From Dictyostelium discoideum (taxonomy: Eukaryota), in NCBI GenBank assembly GCA_000004695.1, contig CM000154.2, forward strand, positions 1,888,001-1,952,000: a DNA stretch of 64,000 bases, read 5' to 3'. This document shows positions 24,921-38,665 of the stretch, in pieces. Position 1 is the first letter of the stretch; every line of letters starts with the position of its first letter. Under the pieces are notes generated by a model. That model saw only the letters and a list, made by a program, of their open reading frames with translations, ran no database searches and had not been told where the DNA came from. Both the position numbers and the translations under genes were made by a program.

Positions 24921-26587
24921 ATGTCAGATGTAAGAGATATTTTAGTTGGAGTATCTAGTGCAGTTGGTAATAAAGTTGATAATACATCAACAGCAGTTGA
25001 ATCAATTTTAACAAATTCAAATACAACACCAAAACGACCACCTAAAGATACACCAAAGACAACAATGGAGAAATTACAACAAACTTTAAAGAATTTAGAG
25101 GGAGAAACATTAACATTTGCTCCATCGACTTTAACCAAATCAGGATTAAAAGAAAAAAGAAAAATTAAAACCAATTGGGATAGAAAAGGATTTAGAAACA
25201 ATTCAAGACCAAACAATGATGGTTTAGTATTATATCATTGGGTTAAATCTACAGCCAATGAAAAGGCAACATCAATCGATTATAAATTTTCAAAATTCAA
25301 TAAAAAAATGGAGATATTATTCTATAATGAAGAAGAGTATGATTTATATTTACGTGATGAAAAGTGGTCCAGAGAAGATACTGATCAATTATTAGAATTA
25401 TGTAAAAGATATGATACAAGATTCATTATTATAGCTGATAGATTTGGTGAAAATAATATAAATAATAATAATAACAATACATCAAAAAAAACAGTTGAAG
25501 AATTAAAAGAAAGATATTATAGAATTCAATCTAAATTAATTGAACTTCGTACAAAAGCAGAGGAAGATCCATTTCAAAATCCTTTAACAACTTATATATT
25601 CAATAAAGTTTATGAAACTGAAAGAAAAATACAAAGTGATAAACTTTTTCATCTCTCAAAAGAAGAGGTTGCAGAGGAGGAACAATTGGTTGAAAAATAT
25701 AATAGTATTGAAAATCATCTTTTAAAACATAGTAAAGAGAGTAAATCAATTTTAAAAATATCTCAAATTGCAACTTCAAATGGTCCTTTAAAACATTATT
25801 CACCAAATGATTTATTAAGAGGTAATAATCAATCTTCAAATACAATTTCATCTTCAAATAGTATAAATTCATCTTCTTCATCATCGTCATCATCATCTTT
25901 AAATAAAAAGAATAAAAGAAAACATTCAGAAATTGAAATAACAGAATCAAATAAAGATAAAATAGAATTAAATAATAATAATAATAATGATAGTAATAAT
26001 AGTAATGGTATTGGTGGTAATGAGGAGAATGCACAAATTACAATGAATTCTAGACAAGGTGCTAGAATTGAATCAACATTATTTGATCTTCATATTGGCA
26101 GACCACAAAATAATTTCTCAAAGTTATATTATAATGATTTGAAAGAGGATATTTTAATTTTATTAGATCTTCAAAAATATTTTATGGAAAAACGTTATCA
26201 TTGTGAAATTTTAAAATCACAAAAAGAACATTTAGAGAAAGAAATTGAGGCATTAACTTTAACTATACCTGCTGAAGCTTTAGCATTACATGTTGATGAA
26301 GAAAATGAAACAATTCAAAATAATACAGATTCTGAAACTAGTAGTTCTTCATCAAGTCGTCATCATCATCATTCTTCTTCATCATCATCTTCTTCAAATC
26401 GTCATAATCATCATAGTTATTCACATCATCAAACTCATAGTCATAATAATAATATTATTAATAACAATAATAATAATAATAATATTAATAATAATATTAA
26501 TAATAATAATAATAACAATAATATTAATATTAATAATATTAATAATAATACAATAACGCACCATAATTCAGATAAATCATTATCAGG

Positions 26588-26618
<31 letters not shown>

Positions 26619-28049
26619 TCATCAACAACAACAACAACAACAACAACAACACCATTTCAAATTTATAGTGGATCATTCCCAGAGAAATCAAAAGAAACAA
26701 TTACACCATCAACAGAGAAACCATCATCAAAATCACATAAGAAATCACATAGTGGTGGTGGTAGTCATTCAACAACACCAACCACACCTTCATCAAATAG
26801 TGGTGGTAGTACCACTAATAATACTACTACTATTACAAATATAACTACACCAATAATGAAATCAGTTAATATTGGACCACAATCAAATAATTCACATACA
26901 CCAAATATTATTGCATCACCAATGGGTAGTGTTGGAATTACTTCACCACCAATTGGTGGTAATAGTATTGTTGGAATTAATTCACCACAAATAATACCAA
27001 ATTTATCATCACCACCACCATCATCATCATCATCAATTACATCAGTCTCATCAACTTCACCAACCACTTTAGCTATTAATTCTGAAAAGAAACCAGAAGG
27101 TACAAGTGGAGTTGGAGCATTTGGTAATTTAGATAGTTTTATAACTCAAAGTTTAAATAACTCAATTATTCAACAAAAAGAATTGACAAAGAAATTAGCA
27201 AAAGAGAAAAGACAACAAGAGAAATTAGATAAAAAAGCAGCTGCTAATAGTAAAAAAGAAAAAAAAGAAAAAAAATCATCATCATCATCGTCATCAACAA
27301 CATCTTCAACACCTGCAACACCATCATCAACTTTATCAACTTCAACTCAATTTACTACACCACTTCCACCAACTATGAATATAAATTCACCCCCAATCAA
27401 TTCAATCACTACTGCTGTTACTATACCCACTACAAATAATACTACTACCACCACCACCACCACATTATCTTCACCCACAACAGGTACTGCTGGAACATCA
27501 CCAACAAGTAGTAGTAAAAAAGAGAAAAAACAAACACCAACAAAAGAGAAAAAAGAAAAAAAAGAAAAAAAAGAAAAAGAACCAAAAGAAAAGAAAGAAA
27601 GAAAGAAAAGAGAACCAAAAGCTTCAAAAACTACAACAACAACAACAACACCAACACCAACAGTAAATACACCTATAACAGCATCAACTTTAACACCAAA
27701 CTTATCAACACCACAACAAATTTCAATTACAACACCAATTACAGCATCACCAATGCCAACTCAAATGTTAACACAAGTACCAATGATAGCACCAATTTCA
27801 ATGTCACCAGTTATGACAAGTCCACAATTTACACCACAAATGCAACAACTTTATTTACAACAACAAGCTCAACAACAAGCTCAATTTGTTCAACAACAAC
27901 AATTTTTAATTCAACAACAACAACAACAACTTTTACAACAATCTCAACAACAAGCTCAACAACTTTTACAACAACAACAACAAGCTCAACAACAATTACA
28001 ACAACAACAACAAATTCAATCACCTCAACCTCCTCAACCACCAAATTAA
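24921..28049 (+). CDS. DMAP1/SWC4-like SANT-domain protein (component of NuA4/SWR1-type chromatin complexes), 1042 aa with long Ser/Thr/Gln-rich C-terminal extension
   Basis: LVLYHWVKSTANEKATSIDYKFSKFNKKMEILFYNEEEYDLYLRDEKWSREDTDQLLELCKRYDTRFIIIADRF...VEELKERYYRIQSKL aligns closely to the DMAP1 SANT/Myb region. Confidence 0.8.
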
Positions 28050-28079
28050 TTAAATAAAATCTTTTCTTTTTTCTCTTTT

Positions 28080-29777
28080 TTATTTATAATTTTTATAAAA
28101 AATATTTTTAAAATGATTAAAAATTAAAGTTGAATTTATATTTGATTTTAATTTTGAACAAACTAAATAACAACCAGATAATTTACGATGTAATGAATAA
28201 GTTTCTTCTGGAGGTGGTTTTAATCTATTTTTTAACATTGTTGGTATAAGTTGACTAATTCTTTTTGCAATTTGTTTTTCATTAAATGGATAAGTTTTTA
28301 AATTATTTTCTTTATAATATAATTTTGAAAAAGGTTCAGATAAAATTAAAATTGATTTAGCTTGAGCATCATTCATTTGTTTATTTTCATCACCAGTTAA
28401 ATAACCCAATTTTAAAGAGTATTCTAAAATTTGATTTATATCTCTATTAACACCACCTTCAATTGATTTTAAATAGTTGAATAAAAATTCAGATTTATAA
28501 TTTCTACATGCTCCAAAATCTAGTAAATTAATTCTCTTATTTTCAAAATCAACTACGAAATTGGTCCAATTAGGATCGACTTGCATAAAATTAAATTCAA
28601 ATAATTCTGCTAAACAAAGTGATAAAATATTTTTTGATATCCAATCACGAGTTTCTTGATTATGATTTTCTATTGTAATTTTATCAATTGAAGTACCATG
28701 TACAAATTCTGTAGTTAAAATACGTTTAGTCGTTAATTCCATGATTACATTTGGTACATATAAATCTTTTAAATATTTAAAACTACCATTGGTGCCACTA
28801 TTGATGCTACTCTCTAAAAGTGATTTAAATTTTAATTGATTTGAAGCTTCATTTAAGTAATCAGTTTCTAATAATAATTCAGATCTTGCAGATTCTAATG
28901 ATTTTTCAATGTATGCTGTTTCTGGTACAATCATTTTTAAAAGTGATGATAGATTTTTAATATCACTTGTGATTGAATCGGCTACACCTGGATATTGAAC
29001 TTTGACAGCCACTTCTTTACCATCCAATGTAATGGCTCTATGTACTTGGCCAATTGATGCTGCTGCAATTGGATCATCTTGAAAGAGTTGGAATTTACTA
29101 CGCCAATTCTCACCCAATTCATTTGACATTGTATTATATAATTGTTCTAATGGTATTGGATTTGCATTCTTTCTAACACGATCTAATATCTCTACAAATT
29201 TTGGTGGTAAAAATGATTCATCTTGTATACTTAACACTTGTCCAATCTTTAATGCTGCTCCTCTCATTCTTGAAAATGATTCTGCCATTCTTTCTGCATT
29301 TGTATCTGTAAATATTGCACTATATGATGATGATGGTGATGATGATGACGATGAAGAGTCAATTGTTCTTTTTGTTTTTTCACCTAAAAATCCAGCTCCA
29401 ACACCAACTGCTAATTTTGTAAATTCCCAAAATCTTGATGTTTGACTTGATGGAATCTTATGACCTTTTGATTTTATATAATTTAATTCTGGATTTTTAT
29501 TTTCATTTAAAAAATCTTTTTTTTCATCAAATATTAAATTATCTTCATCATCATCATCATTATCATTATTAATCTTTTTTTCATTTAAATTATCTTTTAA
29601 ATCTTTTAAATCTTTAAATTTATCTTTTAATGATATATTATTATTATTATTATTTAAACTATTTAAATTATTTATAAAAACTGATGATGTTTGTCTAGTT
29701 TTATTTTTCATCATTGATAAAATTACATTTTTACCACCATATGCAACTTGAATTAAATCATTTAATCTTCCTCCCAT
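28080..29777 (-). CDS. ABC1/ADCK atypical kinase, COQ8/ADCK3-like (ubiquinone-biosynthesis associated). Probable mitochondrial presequence
   Basis: Has the KxGQ motif ([10 protein letters not shown]) and [11 protein letters not shown]...[10 protein letters not shown], characteristic of the ABC1/COQ8 family. The ORF-track N-terminal extension (MHFLFFLFF...) is a poly-A translation artefact; the likely start is [10 protein letters not shown] at 29777. Confidence 0.85.
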   Translation of the reverse strand: MGGRLNDLIQVAYGGKNVILSMMKNKTRQTSSVFINNLNSLNNNNNNISLKDKFKDLKDLKDNLNEKKINNDNDDDDEDNLIFDEKKDFLNENKNPELNYIKSKGHKIPSSQTSRFWEFTKLAVGVGAGFLGEKTKRTIDSSSSSSSPSSSYSAIFTDTNAERMAESFSRMRGAALKIGQVLSIQDESFLPPKFVEILDRVRKNANPIPLEQLYNTMSNELGENWRSKFQLFQDDPIAAASIGQVHRAITLDGKEVAVKVQYPGVADSITSDIKNLSSLLKMIVPETAYIEKSLESARSELLLETDYLNEASNQLKFKSLLESSINSGTNGSFKYLKDLYVPNVIMELTTKRILTTEFVHGTSIDKITIENHNQETRDWISKNILSLCLAELFEFNFMQVDPNWTNFVVDFENKRINLLDFGACRNYKSEFLFNYLKSIEGGVNRDINQILEYSLKLGYLTGDENKQMNDAQAKSILILSEPFSKLYYKENNLKTYPFNEKQIAKRISQLIPTMLKNRLKPPPEETYSLHRKLSGCYLVCSKLKSNINSTLIFNHFKNIFYKNYK

Positions 29778-30594
29778 CTTTTTATTTTTAATTTCACTTT
29801 TGAAAAAGAAAAAATAAAAAATATAAAAAAAAATAAAAAAAAATGAAAAAAACAAAAAAAACAAAAAAAATAAAAAATGCAAAACCAGATTTTTAATTTT
29901 AATTATTTATTTTAATTTTTTATTTTAATCCTATTTTGGTTTTGATTTTTTTTTTTATTAAACTCAATATTGTAAATTGGAGATAAAAATTTCTTTGATT
30001 TAAATTTTTAATCTTTTAAATAGCAGATGAAAATATATCGTAATTTAGATTCCCCAACCCCACTTTTGTTTTTGAAAATATTAATATTTTTTTTATTTTT
30101 ATTTTTATTTTTATTTTTATTTACTATTTGAATATAAATAAAATCTCTTTTTTTAATATTTATTAAACTTCAATTAGATGATGTTTTTGATTTTTTTTTT
30201 TTTTGTTCTAAAAATAATATCCAATTTCTTATTAAATTATTTATTTTTTTTTTTCTTTAATCACTATTATTATTTTCTTAAATCACTTTTTTTTATTTTT
30301 TTTATTCTATTTTCAAATAATAATAAAAAAAAAAAAAAAAAAAAAAATACTTAACTTTGGTTCTTTTGCCACTAAATTTTAAAAAAGGCCAATATACCGT
30401 TGTAATCAGGAGAGTTTTTTATTATTCATCATTATTTTATACTAGACACCCTACTCTATTGTATACTACAAAACCAATATTGAATATCATTATTGAAAAT
30501 CTGACAACGGTGAATGATCAAAAGTTTAAATTTAAAAATTGATTTTATTCTCAAAAAAAAAAAAAAAAAAAAATTTGTTGGAAATAGCAATCTA

Positions 30595-30658
<64 letters not shown>

Positions 30659-30757
30659 CAAAAAAACTCTTTTTATTTATTTTAATTTATTTTAATTTTT
30701 TTTTTTCACCCAATCTCTAATTTTACAATGTTAAATATTAAATAAATAATTAAACAA

Positions 30758-30791
<34 letters not shown>

Positions 30792-30991
30792 AAGGAAAAA
30801 TCTTTCTCATATACATTGTTAACAATAAAAAAAAAAAAAAAACAATCATTACAAACAACAAAGTTAACTATAATAATATTTTTAGGATCTGTCGTTAGGG
30901 TAAGATCAACAATATAAATATAAAAAATTAAATGTGTGGGGTAATTTGGAATACCACCCACACCTTTTCATTAAAATCAAAAAAACTCTCA

Positions 30992-31023
<32 letters not shown>

Positions 31024-31241
31024 CATATTTGCAGTCTTTTATTGAACTAATATTTCATAAAAATAAAAAACAAAAATAAAATAAAATAAAAAAATAAATA
31101 TATCTTGTTGCTAATTAAAAAAAAAAAAAATTAAAAATTAAAAATAAAAATAAATTAATATTATAAAAAAAAATAAAAATAAAAAATAATAATGATCATT
31201 AATAAATTCATTGTTTTTATTTAAAATTATTTCCATTTTTT

Positions 31242-31273
<32 letters not shown>

Positions 31274-31916
31274 TTTTTCTTTCATTTCCAAAATAAAAGG
31301 TTAGTTTCCCTCTTTTTTAATATTAAATAACTAAAAACATTTTAAAGGCTCAATAAATTTTTTTTTTTTTGATATCAAAAATTAGGTTTCATAATCAAAA
31401 ATTTTTTATTTTTATATTTATTTTTTTTAATTTTTTGAAAAAAAAAAAAAAAAAAAAATTAGAGAAAAACAGATTAGGTGTGATTCAATCTCTCTTATTT
31501 AGATTTATTTTTTTTTTTTTTTTTTTTATTTTTTATTTTTTTTTATTTTTTTTTTTTTTTGTTAGTTAATTAGCAATAATAATAATAATAACAATAATAT
31601 ATTTTTTATTTTAGTTAATTATTATTATTTTTAATTTTTTTTTTATTGTTTTTTTTTTTTTTTTTTCTTTTAATATGAAATTAAAAATAACAACAAACAC
31701 ACACACACACACAATAATTTAATTAAATTTCTAAATTAGTGTAATTTCAAATATATGTTTAAATTCTATATGCATATAATTTAATAATAAAAAAGTATTA
31801 TCGCTCATATAATCACCCCAGAAAAAAAAAGAAAAGAAAAAAAAACACAATTATTTTCATAAAAAAAATTATCAATAAATCCTATTATAGTATATTATTT
31901 GAATTCAATTTAAATT

Positions 31917-31959
<43 letters not shown>

Positions 31960-32134
31960 TAACTGTCACTGTGGGTTTTCTACACAATAATAATGTATAT
32001 TTGAATGTTTAAACATCCATAATTATCCCCCAAAAATTTTTTTTTTTTTATTTATTTTTCTTTATTAAATTTTATTTTATTTTTATTTTTTTTTTATTTT
32101 TTTTTATTTTTTTTTTTTTTTAATATATGTATCC

Positions 32135-32165
<31 letters not shown>

Positions 32166-33134
32166 GTGTTTGAATAAATAAAATATTCACACTCTCCAAC
32201 CACTCTAAACACACTCACAAACAATATATTAAACACACTCACACAACGCAAAACACAACTTCTTTGTTATATTATTATTTATATATATAATTATTACTCT
32301 CTCTTAAATATATATATATATATATAAAAATATATTTATAAAAGAAATAATTAGAACTTTAATATATATTTACTATTTTACTATTACTATTTGTGTGTTT
32401 TTTAAAACGAAATTAAAACCACAAAATTTATAAAATTACTTTTTGTGTTTTTAAGTATGTCTTTTTAAAAATAATAATAATAATAATAATAATATAAAAA
32501 TAATAAAAATAATACCCAAATTCATAGGTTAATAAATAAATTTAACCCATCAAAAAAATTATAAAAAAAAAAAAATATTATTAAAATAAAAAAATAAAGA
32601 GTTTTTATTTTTTATTTTTTTGTTTTTCATTATTATTATTTTTTTTTTTTTTTTTCATTTTTTTTTTTGTAATAATGATAATTAATTATCATTAAAAAAA
32701 TATATTCGATTATTTATATATTTTTTTATTTTTTTATTTTTTATAAAAAAAGAAATGTGGATTTTTAATGTTACAACAATTTGAAGATATAATACTACTA
32801 TCTATTATCTTTTAAAATCATTAAAAGTCAACGATGTAATTACCCCCAACTCATTGTTTAAATGTCGTTTGTTGTTTGTTTGTTAAAATTTATTTTCACT
32901 TTTGATAAACAAAATAATCAAAGGGTTTGGTGATAATAAAAAAAAAAAAAAAAAAAAAAATTAAAAAACCATTTATACACATACATATTTCATTCTCCTA
33001 AAACCACACACACAAACCCACCACACTGTCAAAGAATAAAAATATTAATTACCCACATGATAAATAAAATTAAAGCTTTTATTTCTTTTCTTTATTAAAT
33101 TTTAAAAAAAAAGTTGGTTATAAAACCACGATTG

Positions 33135-33168
<34 letters not shown>

Positions 33169-34144
33169 AGTGCCTATGTCATACTTTAATTATTTTTATA
33201 TTTTTTTTTAATTTAACCACACCACTTTATTTTTTTTTATTTTTTTTTATTTTTTTTTATTTTAAAATTAAAAATATCTAAAAGGGAATTAAGTGGTACC
33301 ACAACCACATTTTGACACCCTCTACCACTAATTTATCTTTATTAGGGTATTATGGTTCACTACACAATAGTGATAAAAAAAAAAAAAATTAAACTTATTT
33401 TATATCTGTTATGGTGTTTTCCTCCCTCTCCCCAATTATTTAATAACTGATATTATTTCCCTTTACACAAATTATTTTCCAAATTCAATGATTCAACAAG
33501 AAAAAAAAAAAAAAAAACAATAAAAAAAAAAAAAAAACATTGACTAACATCGATATTTTTAAATCTTAATTTTTTTTTTTTCTCTTACTTTTCTTTTTTT
33601 TTTTTTAAAAAATAGATCCAATATTATAATATTAATTCATTGTAAATAACACAGAAATATAAACACAATAATATTTAAATTATTTTCATTTCCAAATAAT
33701 TAAAAAATAATAAAAAAAATAAAAAAAAAACTAAAATATATCTAAAATTAACCAACCAATAATAAGTTTTCAATCAATCAAAAAAAAAAAAAAAAAAAAA
33801 AAAACCATACTCAACGTTAAAATTGTAAGAAATCTTTATTTTTATTTATAATTTTTTTTTTATTTTTTTTGAAAATAACCTCCATTTAATCATTTTTTGA
33901 TTCATCCAAAAAATCAATTTAATTTTAATTTTCATCTACTTGAAAATTAAATTTTTGGACAACTGACCAATTAAAAAAAAGCGCTTTTTTTTTTTTTTTT
34001 TTTTTCCCAAAAAACTAAAAAAATATTTTAAAAAAAATTAATTTTTTAATTTTAATTTTTTAATTTTTTTTTCCCAAAATTTTAAAATAAACCCTCCCCC
34101 TATTTTAAAATTTTTTCATTTTTAAAATTTGGGGATGGTTTTTC

Positions 34145-34196
<52 letters not shown>

Positions 34197-34405
34197 GGTT
34201 TAAATTTTTTTTTTTTTTTTTTTTTTCCCCCCCCCCCCCCCCTAAAAAAAAAACAAAAAAAAAAAAATTTTTATATAAAAAAATCTCTCAAAAAAAATTT
34301 TTTTTTTTAATCTCCTTTTAAAAAAACGGGGGGGAAAAACCCTTTTTTTTAAAAAATTTTCCAAAAAGGGGGGGATTTAATTTTTTATTTCTCCAAACCC
34401 CCAAA

Positions 34406-34505
34406 NNNNNNNNNNNNNNNNNNNNNNNNNNNNNNNNNNNNNNNNNNNNNNNNNNNNNNNNNNNNNNNNNNNNNNNNNNNNNNNNNNNNNNNNNNNNNNN
34501 NNNNN
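34406..34505. other. Assembly gap (100 N) flanked by low-quality stutter sequence (about 33960-34640)
   Basis: Run of n. Flanks contain cccccccccccccc, ggggggg and similar runs atypical for this genome. Confidence 1.
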
Positions 34506-34888
34506 AAAATTGGGGAATTAAATTTATTATTTTCAAAAATTCCCAAAATTTTTTTTTAATTTAATTTTTTTTTTAAAATTAATTTTTTTTTTAAATTTTT
34601 TTTTTTAATTTGGGTTTTAAAAAAGGGAATTTTGTTTTTTTTTTTTATTTTTGGTTTTTTTTTTTTTATTTTTGGTTTTTTTATATTAATAACAACAAAA
34701 ACTCAACTCTTTGAAATTATTGTATCATGAATATATTATTTTTAAATCATTTTGTTCTATAAAAATATTTTCAGTTGGTATTTTATTTTTAGAAATTATT
34801 TTCTTAGTTTTTTTATTTTTTTTTATTTTGTTTTTTTTAATACATCACCCCCTACCTCAAAATCTCACAATTCAATCAAAAAAAAAAA

Positions 34889-34927
<39 letters not shown>

Positions 34928-35642
34928 CACCCACATATAAATAGTGTTTATTGATCTATTTAAAGAATTTTGTAAATTTGAAAAAAAAAAAATTAAAAAA
35001 AAAAATAAAAAAATAAAAAAATTTTTTAAATTAAATTTTATTTCATCCAAATTGGAAAAAAAAAAAATTATTAACAAAAAGAAAAAAAAAAAATATTGTT
35101 AACAATAATTAAAATAATAATAATAATAAAAATAATAATTTATTTATTTATTTTTTATTTATTTAAATAAATATAAAATATTATTTGTTCGATTAATGAT
35201 AATTATTATTACTTAAATTTATAAAATATACTTATTAATATATATATATATATTAATTTTTATTTTATATTTTATTTTTTTCAAATAAAATTTTTTTATA
35301 TAAAAATAGATTTTTTTTTTTTCATAATTAGAAGATTTAAAAAAAAAAAAAAAAAAAAAAAATTTAAAAAAAAAAAAAAAAAAATTATAATAATAATAAT
35401 ATTTATATTAACATATAAATAATTAAAAATTAGTATTTAATAGGGAAGGGATATATATTATACAACTATAAATTTTTAATAATAATAAATTATAATATTT
35501 TGAAAATAAAAAAAAAAAAAAAAAAGGAGAAAAAAAAAAAAGTCAAATAAATAAATAATATTAAATAATATATAATTAAAAAAAAAAAAAAAAAAAATTT
35601 AATAATAATAATAATAATAATAAAAATTATTAAAATAAAATT

Positions 35643-37769
35643 ATGTTATCAACTCATCATCACCAAGGGAATTCAAGCTCATCTTCATCATCTTCATCCC
35701 CATCACAGACAATTGGCGGATCGGATTTATCAAATATATCAGCACTCCCATTACCATTACCATCTATATTTACAACAGCACAAAACCAAATGAATCCACC
35801 AATTTTATTCCCACCAACTTCATCGTTGTTGGGAGGTTCATCAAACACACCATCATTTTTATTACCACCATCATCTATAATGTCATCAAATGTTTTTCCA
35901 TCTCATGATGGTCAATATCCAGATATGCCAAATATGGTTGATCAATATCAAATACATCCAAATCAAAATCCTCATTATAATTATCAATATCAATTAATGT
36001 TTATGCAACAACAAGCTCAACAAAATCAACCACCACAACAAAATCAACAACAACAACATCACCAACAACAACAACAACAACCACAACACCATCAACAAAT
36101 GCAACAACAACAACATCATCAACAAATGCAACAACAACAACAACATCATCAACAAATGCAACAACAACAACATCACCAACAAATGCAACATCATCAATTA
36201 CAACAACACCAACACCAACACCAACAACAACAACAACAACAACAACACCAACAACAACATCATCAACAACAACAACAACAACAACAACAACATCACCAAC
36301 AACAACAACATCACCAACATAGTCAACCACAACAACAACATCAACACAATCAACAACAACAACATCAACATAATCAACAACAACATCAACAACAACAAAA
36401 TCAAATTCAAATGGTACCACAGCAACCACAATCATTATCAAATAGTGGAAATAATAATAATAATAATAATAATAACAACAATAGTAATAATAACAATAAT
36501 AATAATAATAATAATAATTCACATCAATTAAATAATTTAACATTATCACAAAATAATACAAGTGGTAGTAATACACCATCACCATCAACTAAAGGTAAAA
36601 GAAAACATCATGAAACATCAAATTCAGAGAAAAAAGATTCATCTGGACAAACAATTCCAAAATGTACTCGTTGTAATGAAGCAGCATCATGGAAACATGA
36701 TAAAAGACGTTGGTGGTGTAAAGAATGTAAAAAAGCCTTTACTCCAGGTATTACCAAAATGCAACAAGTACCACAACAAGCACAACTTCAACCATTACAA
36801 AATCATAATCAAATAATACCACAACTTTGGGATTCTCAACAAAATAATAGTTCTCAAAATACTCCACCAACTCAACCACAAAACAATATGAATCAAATCA
36901 ATCATCAACTTTTACAACAACAACATCAACAAGCTCAACTTCAAGCTCATTTAAATTTAACAGCATCAAATCAACAAGTACCACCACAATTACAACAACA
37001 AATCAATGGTGGTTTACCAAATAATAACAATAGTTTAATCACTCAAAATACATTGAATTCATTATCAACCTCTGTATCATGTCCACCTTGTCCATTGTGT
37101 AGAGGTATTTCATCATGGAAACATGATAAAAAGCGTTATTTCTGTAAAGAATGTAAAAAACCATTTACACCTGTTGGTGCAGGACTTTCACCATCATCAT
37201 CACCTTCTTCACCAAAAAAGAAATCAAATATTACACCAATTACAACTTCATCAACATCATCATCTTCTTCAACTCCTTCAATTATAAACAACAACAATAA
37301 CAACAACGCAAATTCTTCTAAAAATAATACACCAAAAAAACAATTATCACCACCACCATCTGTTTTACAATCACCATCTTCCTCTTCAATCTCACAATCA
37401 CCACTTCAATTAAATTATCAAACTCCAACTTACTCACCAAATCCATCACTTCCATCAATTGGTGGAAATTTAAATTCCCTTGCAAATAGTATAAAACCAG
37501 ATGGTGGTATCTTAATATCTGGTCTATCTCCTCCAAAATCTTCATCATCATTAAATAATTTAAATTCTTTCTCAAATACTGGTGCACTTTTATCAAGTAA
37601 TGGAATTAATCTAGCCAATTTAGGTAATCCACTATCTCAATTAAATAAAAAACAAAAAAAGAGATCCGATAAAGATATAAATGATGGTGGTGTTCAAGTA
37701 TTGGTTAGTTGTGTCGATACTAATGTAAATAATTGTTCTTCAATTATACCTGATGGTGATAGTTGGTAA
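35643..37769 (+). CDS. Gln/His-rich protein (708 aa) with two copies of a CX2CX14CX2C zinc-ribbon motif (FCS/MYM-like). Candidate nucleic-acid-binding regulator
   Basis: Repeats KCTRCNEAASWKHDKRRWWCKECKKAFTPG and CPLCRGISSWKHDKKRYFCKECKKPFTPVG. Long (QQQQHHQQM)n-type tracts and Ser/Pro-rich tail. Confidence 0.7.
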   Translation: MLSTHHHQGNSSSSSSSSSPSQTIGGSDLSNISALPLPLPSIFTTAQNQMNPPILFPPTSSLLGGSSNTPSFLLPPSSIMSSNVFPSHDGQYPDMPNMVDQYQIHPNQNPHYNYQYQLMFMQQQAQQNQPPQQNQQQQHHQQQQQQPQHHQQMQQQQHHQQMQQQQQHHQQMQQQQHHQQMQHHQLQQHQHQHQQQQQQQQHQQQHHQQQQQQQQQHHQQQQHHQHSQPQQQHQHNQQQQHQHNQQQHQQQQNQIQMVPQQPQSLSNSGNNNNNNNNNNNSNNNNNNNNNNNSHQLNNLTLSQNNTSGSNTPSPSTKGKRKHHETSNSEKKDSSGQTIPKCTRCNEAASWKHDKRRWWCKECKKAFTPGITKMQQVPQQAQLQPLQNHNQIIPQLWDSQQNNSSQNTPPTQPQNNMNQINHQLLQQQHQQAQLQAHLNLTASNQQVPPQLQQQINGGLPNNNNSLITQNTLNSLSTSVSCPPCPLCRGISSWKHDKKRYFCKECKKPFTPVGAGLSPSSSPSSPKKKSNITPITTSSTSSSSSTPSIINNNNNNNANSSKNNTPKKQLSPPPSVLQSPSSSSISQSPLQLNYQTPTYSPNPSLPSIGGNLNSLANSIKPDGGILISGLSPPKSSSSLNNLNSFSNTGALLSSNGINLANLGNPLSQLNKKQKKRSDKDINDGGVQVLVSCVDTNVNNCSSIIPDGDSW

Positions 37770-37892
37770 ATAAATTTTTTTTTTTTTTTTCCCAAAGAAA
37801 AAAAAAAAAAAAAAAATCAAAAATTCAATCCCCCAATTAATATAAAACATGTAAATTTTCTTTTTTTAACTAATTCTTTTTCCTAAAAATAA

Positions 37893-37925
<33 letters not shown>

Positions 37926-38069
37926 CCATTTTTTTAATTATTTTAAATAATATTTAAATAATATTTTAAATTTTAATTTTAAATAATAATACCCTTTAAT
38001 TCCCCCCTGTAAATAAAAAAACCCTAAAATGGAAAATGGAAAACCCTGGAAAAAAAAAAATTTTTTTCC

Positions 38070-38115
<46 letters not shown>

Positions 38116-38303
38116 CCTTCCAATATATCAAAAAAAAAAAAAAATTAAAATATTAAATTAACTCAAAAAAAAAAAAAAAAATTAAATAAAAAAAAAAAAA
38201 TAATAATATATATATAAATAAAATAAAAAAAAATTAAAAAAATAAATAGTTTTTTTTATAATAATAGGTTTTTTTTTATTTTTTTTTTTTTTGTTTTTAA
38301 TAT

Positions 38304-38588
38304 TTAAAGTTTATTTCTAAAATCTGGTATTTCAGTTTTATAAATATTTTTTGATTTTATATAATTTAAAGCATTATCAGGCATTAAATATTTAACAGAA
38401 AATTTATTTCTTAATTTTTCTCTAATCTTTGTTGAAGATACATCATTTGTAATATCAGCAGGTATTAAATAAATTCCATCTTTATTCTTTGTTAATATTT
38501 CATTAATTGATATAATATCATTTAAATTTGAACCAATTCTAGGAATTACTGCAATACCAAAATTATCTTTTGATGATAATAAATTCAT
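38304..38588 (-). CDS. Nicotinamide/nicotinate mononucleotide adenylyltransferase (NMNAT), exon 3 (C-terminal, contains the SSTKIR motif)
   Basis: MNLLSSKDNFGIAVIPR...ITNDVSSTKIREKL. Acceptor aaaaataaag|ATG. Confidence 0.8.
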   Translation of the reverse strand: MNLLSSKDNFGIAVIPRIGSNLNDIISINEILTKNKDGIYLIPADITNDVSSTKIREKLRNKFSVKYLMPDNALNYIKSKNIYKTEIPDFRNKL

Positions 38589-38665
38589 CTTTATTTTTAT
38601 AATTATTATTATTTTATTTTATTTTAAATTAATTTTTATTTTTATTTTTTATTTTTAATACATAC

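Noticed and set aside
29778-29882. N-terminal [12 protein letters not shown]... extension of the ABC1 kinase ORF
   Set aside because: Translation of a poly-A/T tract upstream of the true MGGRL start. The ORF tool also accepts non-ATG starts (e.g. TTG at 21892, GTG at 6400).
35660-36816. Several minus/plus ORFs (poly-V/D, poly-L/M, H-rich) overlapping the Gln/His-rich zinc-ribbon gene
   Set aside because: Alternative-frame translations of CAA/CAT repeats.
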